Part shown: in pieces, positions 1-8,527 of the stretch | How the letters are laid out: each line of letters starts with the position of its first letter | How positions within the stretch are numbered: the first letter of the stretch is position 1 | Assembly: GCA_034437075.1 (NCBI GenBank) | Contig: DAOTVD010000427.1 | Coordinates: 7,307-71,306 of the forward strand | DNA length: 64,000 bases | Reading direction: 5' to 3' | Source of the DNA: Anaerolineae bacterium | GTDB lineage: Bacteria > Chloroflexota > Anaerolineae > Aggregatilineales > J027 | Notes under the pieces: generated by a model | The model's input: the letters and a program-made list of their open reading frames with translations, nothing else | The model's database searches: none | Told to the model about the DNA's origin: nothing | Translations under genes and position numbers: made by a program

Positions 1-727
1 GCCAGTTCAAATTGACATTCGCGGGGTCGATTTTATCCAGCGCATAGCCGGCCACGGTGCGAAATGTCTTAGGGTAACGGGTTTGTATTTCGATGGCATG
101 AGCGCGTCTAAGCGCGGCGACCTGGTCGCGTATCGCTTGCAAATCTGGGTCTGCTGCATCCAGCCAAACTTTTTTCCCCGAGGCTAAAACAACCTCCAAA
201 CGGCGTATATGATCCGCTGTTAAGCCATATAAAATGCTGTGGGCACCGGTCGCGTTGTTGCCAATACAGCCACCAATTGTGGCTCGGTCGGCGCTAGCTG
301 GATCAGGACCGAACATCAAATCCAGCCCGGCTAGTTGACGATTGAGCCCGCCGAGCAAGCAACCCGGTTCTACGGTGACGCTTTGTTGCTCGGCATGAAT
401 GGCGCGAATGCGGCGCATATGTCGGCTAAAATCCATCACGATAGCCGGGCCAACCGTCTGACCGGCCAGGCTGCTCCCCCCGCCACGCGGTAGGATCGGC
501 ACAGCATGCTGGTTGGCGATTTCGTGCACGGCGACCACATCATCGGCATCATGCGGGAACACCACGCCAATGGGCATAATTTGATAATTGCTGGCATCAG
601 TGCTGTAAAGCAAGCGCGTCATATAATCAAACGCGACCTGCTCGGGCTGCAAGGTCTGGCTTAGCACATGGCTAAGTGTTTGGTGTTGTTCAATAGCAGG
701 TGAGTGTTGTTGGTTACTCGTCGTCAT
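1..727 (-). CDS. FAD-binding oxidoreductase (GlcD / D-lactate dehydrogenase family), N-terminal part; the 3' end runs off the window
   Basis: My own translation of the minus strand from the ATG at 727 gives MTTSNQQHSPAIEQ...HAVPILPRGGGSSLAGQTVGPAIVMDFSRHM...DRATIGGCIGNNATGAHS. The PRGGG.S..GQ and GG.IGNNA.G motifs are typical of FAD_binding_4 domains. The ORF is absent from the track because the window edge truncates it. Its start overlaps the stop of 714..1286 by 14 nt. Confidence 0.75.
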   Translation of the reverse strand, partial: MTTSNQQHSPAIEQHQTLSHVLSQTLQPEQVAFDYMTRLLYSTDASNYQIMPIGVVFPHDADDVVAVHEIANQHAVPILPRGGGSSLAGQTVGPAIVMDFSRHMRRIRAIHAEQQSVTVEPGCLLGGLNRQLAGLDLMFGPDPASADRATIGGCIGNNATGAHSILYGLTADHIRRLEVVLASGKKVWLDAADPDLQAIRDQVAALRRAHAIEIQTRYPKTFRTVAGYALDKIDPANVNLNW

Positions 728-1286
728 GGGGTTTAGGTTCGCTCTGATCCTGTAGTTTGGATTCCATCGCGCCGATTTGTCGTTCGAGCTTAGCGCGTTC
801 CTCCAATAGCTCTAGCATGCGTTTTTCGCTTTTGTTAAGTTGTTCCTCTAGCATTTCGGCGCGCACTTCATGGCGCAAGCTCCCTTGCCGGATTTGGGTC
901 ATTTCTTCCTTCAAGCGCTCATTTTCTTCTATCGCCTGGCTAAGTTGCTCCTCCAAATGACTAATGCGCGCCACAAAATTTTTCTCACGCTCGGTAACCG
1001 CAATTGTATCCGGCATTTGGCGAGAGGGGGGCATACCACGCTCGCCATTGTCCAGCGAATTATGAATGTCCTGGTAGGTATAGCCTTCGTTTTTGAGGGT
1101 CGCAACCAAGGCGAAGACCGCCATATCATCTTCGTTAAAGATGCGCTTTTGCCGATGGCCTGGATTAGCGCGAGGAGATAGGTGCCGTTCGAATTCGCTG
1201 CACCAGATACGCACGGTTTCCAGCGAAATATCATAAATTGCGGCAACTTCGGCGGTGCTGTAGGGGCCATACTGCTTATCAATCAT
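714..1286 (-). CDS. MerR-type helix-turn-helix DNA-binding protein with a long C-terminal coiled coil
   Basis: The N-terminus YSTAEVAAIYDISLETVRIWCSEFERHL looks like a MerR/excisionase-type HTH. The C-terminal 90 aa are E/K/L/Q-rich heptad-like sequence. The gene diverges from the repeat array at 1339-1647. Confidence 0.55.
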   Translation of the reverse strand: MIDKQYGPYSTAEVAAIYDISLETVRIWCSEFERHLSPRANPGHRQKRIFNEDDMAVFALVATLKNEGYTYQDIHNSLDNGERGMPPSRQMPDTIAVTEREKNFVARISHLEEQLSQAIEENERLKEEMTQIRQGSLRHEVRAEMLEEQLNKSEKRMLELLEERAKLERQIGAMESKLQDQSEPKPHDDE

Positions 1287-1338
1287 TGTATTTTATCCTG
1301 CTGAACGGGCCTATTGTGCTAAATCTGCCAAGCTAGAG

Positions 1339-1647
1339 CAACCTTGACCAACCTAGTTTTACCTTGGTCTAGTATTGTACTACTTTGGTTTCACTTTGGC
1401 TAAAAAAACACCTAATCTTCCAACCTTGTTCCAACCTTGGTTGTTACCTTGGCCAAGGTTGGAAGATTTATCCAAGGTTGGTACAAGGTTGGTACAAGGT
1501 TGGTTGTTTTTGCCAAGGTTGTAGGGTAAGATTGGCGTATGCCATATGCCAATGGCATATAATGCCACTCAAAAATGGCCATTTCGGCAACCAAGGTGCT
1601 TCCAACCTTGTTTTCACTTTGGTTCACGAATCGGCTAATTAGGTTGG
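1339..1647. repeat. Iteron-like array of the 8-10 bp motif CCAAGGTTGG / CAACCTTG (9 perfect core copies plus about 8 degenerate copies) with 10-12 bp phasing and two dyads
   Basis: Read directly from the sequence. CAACCTTG occurs at 1339, 1421, 1432 and 1603. CCAAGGTTGG occurs at 1453 and 1472, CAAGGTTGG at 1484 and 1495, and CCAAGGTTG at 1513. One-mismatch copies sit at 1348, 1361, 1382, 1393, 1445, 1592, 1616 and 1641. ACCTTGGCCAAGGT at 1446-1459 is a perfect 14-bp palindrome. A second dyad, ATATGCCA-a-TGGCATAT, lies at 1544-1560. Confidence 0.9.
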
Positions 1648-1654
1648 ATAATGC

Positions 1655-2314
1655 GTGATGACAAACTTTTCGATCTCTAGCAGCAAAAAACGATACCGCA
1701 AATTGTTTCCTTTTCAACTCGATTTGAACAAACCCGAGGAACATGAAATCGCGGAAGTGATTGTCTATTTGAAGCAAGAACGATCATTTTCTAAAACTGT
1801 TCGGGAAGGAATTCGCCTGATATGGGACTTGCGAAAAGGTCGTACAGACGTCTTGCGCGAGTTATTCCCCTGGGTATTGGAACAACAAGACGAAGATGAA
1901 AAACACGCTCTCAAGGCCCCTACTGCGGAGGTTATGCTGGGCGCAGAAGACATTTTTCAAAAGCATTTTCAGCGTTTAGAAAGCCTCATTACTGAGCAGA
2001 GTAGCCTATCCACTGGTGAGCCACGACGCCCACGCGGGCCATCTCTGAAACCCGTGGATGACATAGAAATTGACGTCAAACAAGCAACCAATAGCGAAGA
2101 TAACAAGTCTGCTTGGAACCTGATGATTGCTTCCGCGCTGCAAGTGCATGGGCATTGTAATGGTTTACCGCCCGAACTGATTGAGTATGGTTTACGTACA
2201 GGGCGTATCCCGCCCGGTAAAGTTGACCCGCCCAAACCCAAAGGGCCCAAAAAGCTAGCCGGGGCGGATGTGATCTTCACACCGCCACCAACTGAAGATG
2301 ATGATTTTGATTAA
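1655..2314 (+). CDS. Hypothetical protein with a possible ribbon-helix-helix DNA-binding N-terminus and an acidic C-terminal tail (TEDDDFD)
   Basis: This 219-aa ORF starts GTG-ATG. Residues KLFPFQLDL / PEEHEIAEVIVYLKQ / FSKTVREGIRLIWDL fit a strand-helix-helix pattern. The rest is low-complexity and proline-rich. The fold assignment is inference only. Confidence 0.45.
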   Translation: MMTNFSISSSKKRYRKLFPFQLDLNKPEEHEIAEVIVYLKQERSFSKTVREGIRLIWDLRKGRTDVLRELFPWVLEQQDEDEKHALKAPTAEVMLGAEDIFQKHFQRLESLITEQSSLSTGEPRRPRGPSLKPVDDIEIDVKQATNSEDNKSAWNLMIASALQVHGHCNGLPPELIEYGLRTGRIPPGKVDPPKPKGPKKLAGADVIFTPPPTEDDDFD

Positions 2315-2327
2315 GTGCTCTAGCGCG

Positions 2328-3980
2328 CTATTGGGTAATTTGCAGCCCGCGTGGCGTCAATACATATTCAATACGGCCCAAGATATAGTCAATGAGCACT
2401 GCTAGCAATGCCGCTGGAATAGCGCCAAGCAACACCCATGGATCAATGGCCCGCAACAATCCATTCGCGATAGGCTCGCCCAACCCACCCGCGATCACGT
2501 AAGCACCGAGTGCTGCCGTCCCTACATTGATAACCATGGTGGTTCGCACACCCGCCATAATGATACTACTCGCGATAGGAATTTCGATCTGTATCAAAAT
2601 CTGCAAGGGGGTCATGCCCATACCCCGCGCCGCATCAATCATCGCCGGGGGCACACCTTCCAAGCCCGCAATCGTATTACGCACTGTTGGCAAGAGACCA
2701 TACAGAATCAGCGCGATGATAGCTGGTGTAAAGCCCAGGCCGATAATCGGCGCCATGACAGCTACCACAGCTAATGTAGGAATGGTTTGGCCTAGATTAA
2801 CGATATTCGTGATCAAAGGCAGGAATTCGCGATAGGCTTCGCGCGTGACGAAAATGCCAATCGCGAGCCCCAAAGGCACTGTGATTAGCGACGAGACAAT
2901 AACCAGTTCTAAATGTTCCGCTGCAAACGCGATCACACTTTCGGCAGGGTACAGAAGCTCGATATCGCCTTCATCCGCCACCGCAGTTGGGAATAACTCT
3001 GCCAACAAGGCGTCCCAGAATATCTCATGGCCAAAGAAAGACCAGAATATCAAGAAAACGCCGACCACGCGCACCATGGGCCGGATGAGCTTATCATTCG
3101 AGTCGCGCAACATGTATGCCAGAACCAGTTCAATGACCACAAAAGCGAGCGTCAACCAGTAAAGCGCAATACCCGTATCATGTGTGCCGATGTCGATCAC
3201 GCGGCTAGCGTCGGTGCCCAGGCTGGTTACCCATAGCGTAGGGCCAAGGCTAACCGCCGTATTTACCCGCGCATAGGTCGTTAAATTCACGGGTAACTGG
3301 TCGGTTATCGGAATTTCAGCGGGCACGTCATCGCCTATTTCAGCGGTTTCAGCCGCCGGATTCGGGATGGTGGGGATGTCGCCGCCTTCGATATTGAAAT
3401 TGATCGTCAGCTCGCTCAGAAGCGGGTCTTCAGCATTTTCTCCAACTTCGTGAAAGTAAATGCAAACTGCACGGTTTTCATCCTGTTCACCGCTGGTCAA
3501 TACCCCAGGTTCGTCCCCTCCCCAACCCGGCTCGGGGTTAGGAATAGCGCGTGTAGGGAGGTCACTGAGCCAACATGCCGCATCCAGCGGAATATCGCCT
3601 CGGAATTCGTCCGAAACGGCAAAATCCGAGAGGGTGCGCGGTGAACGATTCTCAATGAGGATACGCACCCATAACCCGCCGCCATCTTCCAGGATTTTTG
3701 CGCAGTTGTTGGGGTCAAAATAGCGCTGTTGCGAACGCGCACGGTCGTTTTCCTCACCTACGCAAGCGACATAAGTCACCTCGACTTCGCCTTGTGGTTG
3801 GTCTGGGGTTAGGTCTAAGGTCTGGCTGCGCTCATCGGGGGGTGAGAATTCAGTCGTGCGTTCTAAGATTTGTTCAGCATCTTGGGGTACCAAACTTTGG
3901 GTATCCATGATGAATAAAACCGCTGTGGCGATGATCCAACCCAAGATGGGTAACGAGACGAAGCGTGTTAAGTTATCCAT
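2328..3980 (-). CDS. Osmoprotectant (glycine betaine/choline type) ABC transporter permease with a ~230-aa N-terminal extracytoplasmic extension
   Basis: The C-terminal ~280 aa carry the OpuB/ProW-type permease core (LGQTIPTLAVVAVMAPIIGLGF, LLPTVRNTIAGL, ARGMGMTP.QIL..IE.P). The N-terminus has one TM followed by an acidic, Cys-containing domain. Confidence 0.8.
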   Translation of the reverse strand: MDNLTRFVSLPILGWIIATAVLFIMDTQSLVPQDAEQILERTTEFSPPDERSQTLDLTPDQPQGEVEVTYVACVGEENDRARSQQRYFDPNNCAKILEDGGGLWVRILIENRSPRTLSDFAVSDEFRGDIPLDAACWLSDLPTRAIPNPEPGWGGDEPGVLTSGEQDENRAVCIYFHEVGENAEDPLLSELTINFNIEGGDIPTIPNPAAETAEIGDDVPAEIPITDQLPVNLTTYARVNTAVSLGPTLWVTSLGTDASRVIDIGTHDTGIALYWLTLAFVVIELVLAYMLRDSNDKLIRPMVRVVGVFLIFWSFFGHEIFWDALLAELFPTAVADEGDIELLYPAESVIAFAAEHLELVIVSSLITVPLGLAIGIFVTREAYREFLPLITNIVNLGQTIPTLAVVAVMAPIIGLGFTPAIIALILYGLLPTVRNTIAGLEGVPPAMIDAARGMGMTPLQILIQIEIPIASSIIMAGVRTTMVINVGTAALGAYVIAGGLGEPIANGLLRAIDPWVLLGAIPAALLAVLIDYILGRIEYVLTPRGLQITQ

Positions 3981-3983
3981 AGG

Positions 3984-5138
3984 CTATTCGGCTTCCCGCG
4001 TATGCTCTTTAGACTGGGATAGTTCTTTATCACCGCTATAGAATGCCAGGTCTTGCAGGGCATCCAGGCGAATACTGCCCACCAGACGGCCTTTGTTATC
4101 GACAACGGGCGTCACCCGGAACCCACGCGCCACCATGGCGCTGAGTGCTTCGCGGGCGGTGGCCTTTTGGCGCACGGCAATATCCGTAAAGGGTGCTTCG
4201 GTCATGGCATCTAATAACGATGTATTATTTGATGCGGTATCCCGGTTGATCCAACCGCGCAGAATATGATCTTCTCGATCTACCACGAATGCCGAATGAA
4301 CCCCATAGTCATCCATGGTGCGGATCGCATCATCAATACTTTGGTCGATATAAACATGCGGTGATGACGTTTCCATAATGTCTTGAATGCTGATGAGCCC
4401 CAGGCTTTTGAGTTGCCGGTCAGCGCCGACAAAGTCGCGCACAAAGCGATCTTTCGGATATTCCAGCAACGTCTCGGGGGTATCGAACTGCACGAGCTGC
4501 CCATCGCGCATGATCGCGATCCGGTCGCCCATTTTGATCGCCTCATCAATGTCATGCGTCACAAAGATGATGGTTTTGCTGATCTCTTTCTGAATCTGCA
4601 AAAATTCTTCTTGCAGCACTTCGCGCGTGATCGGGTCTACTGCGCCGAAGGGCTCGTCCATCAGCATAAGGGGCGGGTCGGCGCCCATAGCGCGCGCCAC
4701 ACCTACACGCTGTTGTTGACCGCCCGAAAGCTGCCGAGGGAATTTGTCGCGGTTAATGTCCGGGTCTAGGCCCACCAGTTCGAGCAGTTCATCCACCCGG
4801 CGCCGGATGCGATTCTCATCCCACTTGAGCAAATGCGGCACAATCGCAATGTTTTGGGCGACGGTCATATGCGGCAATAGCCCGATCTGCTGAATGGCAT
4901 ATCCGATGTTGCGCCGTAATTCTTCGGGGGGTAAATCCGTATTGCTGACGCCATCAATCAGGATTTCGCCTTCGCTAACCGAAATCAGGCGGTTGACCAT
5001 GCGCATGCTGGTTGTCTTGCCGCAACCGGAAGGGCCAATCAGCACGCATACCTCACCCTCTGGGATGTTTAGATTTAATCTGTTGACCGCGCGAAACCCG
5101 TTAGGGTAAATCTTCGAAACGTTCTTGAACTCGATCAT
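3984..5138 (-). CDS. Osmoprotectant ABC transporter ATP-binding protein with tandem C-terminal CBS domains (OpuCA/ProV-like)
   Basis: Walker A GPSGCGKTT, signature LSGGQQQRV, Walker B LMLMDEPF, and a CBS-like C-terminus (ISIQDIMETS...VVDNKGRLVGSI). Confidence 0.9.
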   Translation of the reverse strand: MIEFKNVSKIYPNGFRAVNRLNLNIPEGEVCVLIGPSGCGKTTSMRMVNRLISVSEGEILIDGVSNTDLPPEELRRNIGYAIQQIGLLPHMTVAQNIAIVPHLLKWDENRIRRRVDELLELVGLDPDINRDKFPRQLSGGQQQRVGVARAMGADPPLMLMDEPFGAVDPITREVLQEEFLQIQKEISKTIIFVTHDIDEAIKMGDRIAIMRDGQLVQFDTPETLLEYPKDRFVRDFVGADRQLKSLGLISIQDIMETSSPHVYIDQSIDDAIRTMDDYGVHSAFVVDREDHILRGWINRDTASNNTSLLDAMTEAPFTDIAVRQKATAREALSAMVARGFRVTPVVDNKGRLVGSIRLDALQDLAFYSGDKELSQSKEHTREAE

Positions 5139-5156
5139 ATCCGTTCCTCTAGTTAT

Positions 5157-6716
5157 TTATGTCTGCTGTTGGCGGATGCCGGGCGAGGTGATCGTATTTT
5201 CAAAGATACGAATACCAATATCGAGCGCGAAGGCCAACAAGATCGCCGGAATGGTACCCAGCAGGATTTTATCTAAAGAAATGTTATTGATGCCATCCAG
5301 CACATAGTCGCCCAGGCCACCACCGCCAACCACCGTCGCGATTGTGGCGATACCCACCAACGCGATAGCCGCGTTACGAATGCCCGCAATAATCACCGGA
5401 AACGCCAGGGGTAATTCAATACGGAAGAAAATTTGCCAGGGTGTCATGCCCATCCCCCGGCCCGAGTCTATAATAGCCGGGTCAACATTGTTCAAGCCTG
5501 CGTAGGTATTCCGCACCAAGGGGAGCAGCGAATAGAGCGTGAGGGCGACCAGAGAAGGCGTTACGCCAATACCGCGAATACCAATCGCGCTGAGTTCCCA
5601 TTCACTGATGCTCGTGTTAGGCAGAAACTCATCCGCCGAAAGCACCATGGCATAGCCCAAGGCTAGAAATCCAACGATGGTTAAGCCATACCGTGCCCAA
5701 ACCAGATAACGCCGGTATTGTTCGCGCAGTTGGATATTTCGGCCTAAGACCAAAAGCCCAAGTGCTGCGGCAATGGCCAGTACGAAAAGCTGCAACGGGG
5801 TGCTATATTCGCCGCTGGTGAGGGCATTGAAGATCACGCGGAACAAGAAACTGACCAGCATCAGCGCCGATAGTGAAATGGGTACAGCCGCAATAGCGGC
5901 AACGATAACCGTAATGACAGGCTCCAAAAAGCTCGGTAGCCGCTTAACCAAAAAGAAGAAAACGGCCAAGGCGACGCCGGCTAGCACGACGGTCCCCAGA
6001 ACAAAGACCAGCACATCGACCATCAATTCGTTACCCAAGTTGGAGAGTGGCACCAACAGCAACCCGAACAACGCCAAGCTGGGAATGGTTTGGATGATAC
6101 CGACGGCATATAAAATCACCGGGGCAATTCGTTCATCACGTGAGGCCCACAAGCCAAGCCCAATCCCTATGATGAGCCCCACGGTCAATGATACGATGAC
6201 ATACGTCAGATGCCGCAAAGTATCGATATCCAGGTTATCGCCTGTAATCTGATATTCCACCATCACAGAATAAACATCCAACTGACCACTCGTGACCAGC
6301 CAGATCATCACCACCACACCGCCCCAACTGGCGACATTCTGCAAAAAGCCCGAAACGCCCACTTGCCGGAGGTCATTTAACCCGCCGAACAGAACGATAT
6401 ATCCGCCAAAGATGCCCATCGCGATAGCCGATACTGGTTGTACTCGCGCGCCACGGGCCTCAACGCCCAAGATTTCTTCTCGATTGTCCAAAAGTGTTTG
6501 GGCGGCTTCGGTGGGTAACCACAACGTCAAGATCATAATCAAGTTACCCAACAGCACCAGCAGCCAACCGCGTTTGATCTGCTCTTGCTGTAAAGCCACT
6601 GCAAACGGAATAATCGTCAAAATGAACAGAAAGCTATAACGCGCATCCCCTTCGAGTTCCAGCAGGTTAAAGGCTTCTCCGAGGGGGGAAATCGCCGTTT
6701 GTTTCAGCACCAACAA
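5157..6716 (-). CDS. Osmoprotectant ABC transporter permease with an extended multi-TM N-terminus
   Basis: The C-terminus has LLPLVRNTYAGL and GRGMGMTPWQIFFRIELP, an OpuB/ProW-type core. The N-terminal ~250 aa are additional hydrophobic helices. Confidence 0.8.
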   Translation of the reverse strand: MLVLKQTAISPLGEAFNLLELEGDARYSFLFILTIIPFAVALQQEQIKRGWLLVLLGNLIMILTLWLPTEAAQTLLDNREEILGVEARGARVQPVSAIAMGIFGGYIVLFGGLNDLRQVGVSGFLQNVASWGGVVVMIWLVTSGQLDVYSVMVEYQITGDNLDIDTLRHLTYVIVSLTVGLIIGIGLGLWASRDERIAPVILYAVGIIQTIPSLALFGLLLVPLSNLGNELMVDVLVFVLGTVVLAGVALAVFFFLVKRLPSFLEPVITVIVAAIAAVPISLSALMLVSFLFRVIFNALTSGEYSTPLQLFVLAIAAALGLLVLGRNIQLREQYRRYLVWARYGLTIVGFLALGYAMVLSADEFLPNTSISEWELSAIGIRGIGVTPSLVALTLYSLLPLVRNTYAGLNNVDPAIIDSGRGMGMTPWQIFFRIELPLAFPVIIAGIRNAAIALVGIATIATVVGGGGLGDYVLDGINNISLDKILLGTIPAILLAFALDIGIRIFENTITSPGIRQQQT

Positions 6717-6882
6717 CGGCAGGAAGAAAAAACCTGCGGCGGCAACCAGACTCCCTAAAGCTGCAATTCGATTATAAATGGTTCTTACTCCCCAGCTTGG
6801 CAGTTCTTCACTGCTCGAAAGTTCACTTCAAAAATTAATTATGTAGGGTTTTCAAAAACAGGTCTGTAATAATTTTTTCATG

Positions 6883-6913
6883 AAAAAGAAGGAGCCCCCC
6901 GCAGGGGCACTCC
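6883..6913 (-). terminator. Rho-independent terminator or attenuator between the binding-protein gene and the permease genes
   Basis: The minus strand reads GGAGTGCCCC-tgc-GGGGGGCTCC followed by TTCTTTTT. It lies 24 nt downstream of the stop of 6937..7905. Confidence 0.55.
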
Positions 6914-6936
6914 TCCATGAGGTTTGAGGAAACGAA

Positions 6937-7905
6937 TTACTCGCCGATAAAGCCGTTTTCCATCAGGTACATGCGCGCTAGGTCTTCAACACTGGCAGGG
7001 TTACCATCCGGGTCAACGCCTTCACCCGCGTAGGAATTCCAAGTTTGCAGCGTTTCGACATCGAATGTCGCAAAGATCGGGTTGATGATGTCTACAATCT
7101 GGGGATTCGCGCGCAGGACTTCGCCACGGAAGACGGCGGTGGGCTGGTAGACCGGCTGCGCACCACGCGAGTCATCGAAGACAACCAGGTTGAAGGTGGA
7201 CAGCGTACCATCGGTACCATAAGCCACAGCCAGGTCGAACTGATCGCTCTGGGCCACCAATTGCTGATGGGCCTGGCCAGTCACGGCACCCGGCAGCGAG
7301 TCGATATTGTCACGCGGGATTTCGAAACCATAGGTTTCTTCGAAGGTCACCAGACCATCTTCGCGAGTGGTGAATTCTTCGTTGGAGATCATCCGAACTT
7401 CGTTACCTTCGTTGATGTAAGTAGCCAAATCATCGAAGGTTTGCAGGCCACGTTCTTCGGCCCAGTCGGCACGCGCCGCGATGGTGTAGGTGTTGTTCGC
7501 GGGGGCCGGGCGCAGCCAGATCAGGTCATTGTAGGTGGCGTCCAGAGAAGCGGCCACTGCGTAAGCTTCATACGCATCGCTAGCGGCTTCTTGCGGAACA
7601 TTAATCCCCAGGTTGGGCAAGCTTTGAATAATTGCAGTGGCGGTGTAGTTAGGGTATACGTCAATTTCGCCCGATTCGAGCGCGCCACGCGCAATCGCCG
7701 TACCACCGAGGTCTATTTCATCCACAACTTCGAAACCATTTTCCTGCAACGCTACCAGAATGATGTAGCCCAGGAAACGTTGTTCGGTAAAGTCTTTCGA
7801 ACCAACGACAATCGCATCATCGCCTTGCGCGAAGGCCATGCTCGCTGAGCTAGCCAGCATCATCAGTACAACTAAAACAATCCCGAAACGCTTAAGGTGT
7901 TTCAT
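6937..7905 (-). CDS. Glycine betaine/osmoprotectant ABC transporter substrate-binding protein
   Basis: A signal peptide is followed by VVGSKDFTEQRFLGYI...GEIDVYPNYTAT, the typical OpuAC/OsmF-family pattern. The gene lies in an operon with the Opu permeases and ATPase. Confidence 0.85.
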   Translation of the reverse strand: MKHLKRFGIVLVVLMMLASSASMAFAQGDDAIVVGSKDFTEQRFLGYIILVALQENGFEVVDEIDLGGTAIARGALESGEIDVYPNYTATAIIQSLPNLGINVPQEAASDAYEAYAVAASLDATYNDLIWLRPAPANNTYTIAARADWAEERGLQTFDDLATYINEGNEVRMISNEEFTTREDGLVTFEETYGFEIPRDNIDSLPGAVTGQAHQQLVAQSDQFDLAVAYGTDGTLSTFNLVVFDDSRGAQPVYQPTAVFRGEVLRANPQIVDIINPIFATFDVETLQTWNSYAGEGVDPDGNPASVEDLARMYLMENGFIGE

Positions 7906-8527
7906 CTATGCATTCTCCCTTATTGTATGAATTTACGCATGCAGTCTGCCGGCAGGCCTGGTCACATCGGATAACGTGTCTATCTCACCACCCACGCCGC
8001 AATATGCCGTCTCGTTACTTGACAGCAAAATAGGCGAGAATGGGCTGTTTAGGTTGTGAGATCTATCAGTATTGCGGGATGGCCAATGTGCTGGTTCAGG
8101 CCCTGACCAATATAAGTTGGGCCGGTGAGAGACATAACCGACAATCTATTGTAAGTTTGTCTCCGCAATCAAATATATACATTGTGTAGGGTAAAAAGCA
8201 AGCTGTCGTTTGTTAAAAAGTGGACAATCTATCTTTTCTAATATAAAATTTATATTTTTGACAATAAAGTAAGATTTAATACACAATGTATGATTTAACG
8301 AATATGTCCTAACCGTGAGACCTCACATGAACTTTTATGGACTCTTTTTGACCATCATGAGTTTTATTGATTGGCTCTATGCTGGTTTTTTTTTGCCTAA
8401 TGCCAAGATCAAGTATAATGGATGAGGGTTTTTTGTAACTCTAACCTTAAAGCATCATGAAAAGAGTGTAGTCTATGGCTGTGCTCCTCATCCGCATAAG
8501 TTATATCTTCCTAATACGGAGGGAAAA

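Noticed and set aside
1553-1567. A sigma-54-like TGGCAT...TGC element within the dyad at 1544-1560.
   Set aside because: The GG-to-GC spacing is 10 nt rather than the 12 nt of the -24/-12 consensus. The TGGCA motif is better explained as half of the ATATGCCA/TGGCATAT palindrome.
1339-1647. Possibility that the repeat array is a CRISPR array.
   Set aside because: The units are only 8-10 bp and occur in both orientations. They are spaced 10-19 bp apart without unique spacers of 25-40 bp, and there are no cas genes in the window.
1380-1777. ORFs 1380..1568 (-), 1385..1642 (+) and 1412..1777 (-) inside the repeat array.
   Set aside because: Their sequences are simply translations of the CCAAGGTTGG repeats (for example LGQGW and NLVPTL reiterations). 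They overlap each other on both strands. The region is better explained as non-coding iterons.
7045-7848. Long antisense ORFs opposite well-supported genes. Examples are 7045..7848 (+), 25212..26003 (+), 9197..9814 (-), 40490..40984 (+), 44576..45034 (+), 45610..46044 (+) and 57104..57655 (+).
   Set aside because: Each lies entirely inside a gene whose product has clear family motifs on the other strand. Their translations are low-complexity and Arg/Gly/His-rich, with no motifs or SD sequences. They are typical shadow ORFs.
8327-8425. A 32-aa hydrophobic ORF (MNFYGLFLTIMSFIDWLYAGFFLPNAKIKYNG) in the AT-rich intergenic region.
   Set aside because: It has no Shine-Dalgarno sequence. The AT-rich composition produces Phe/Leu/Ile-rich ORFs by chance, and nothing in the context supports it.
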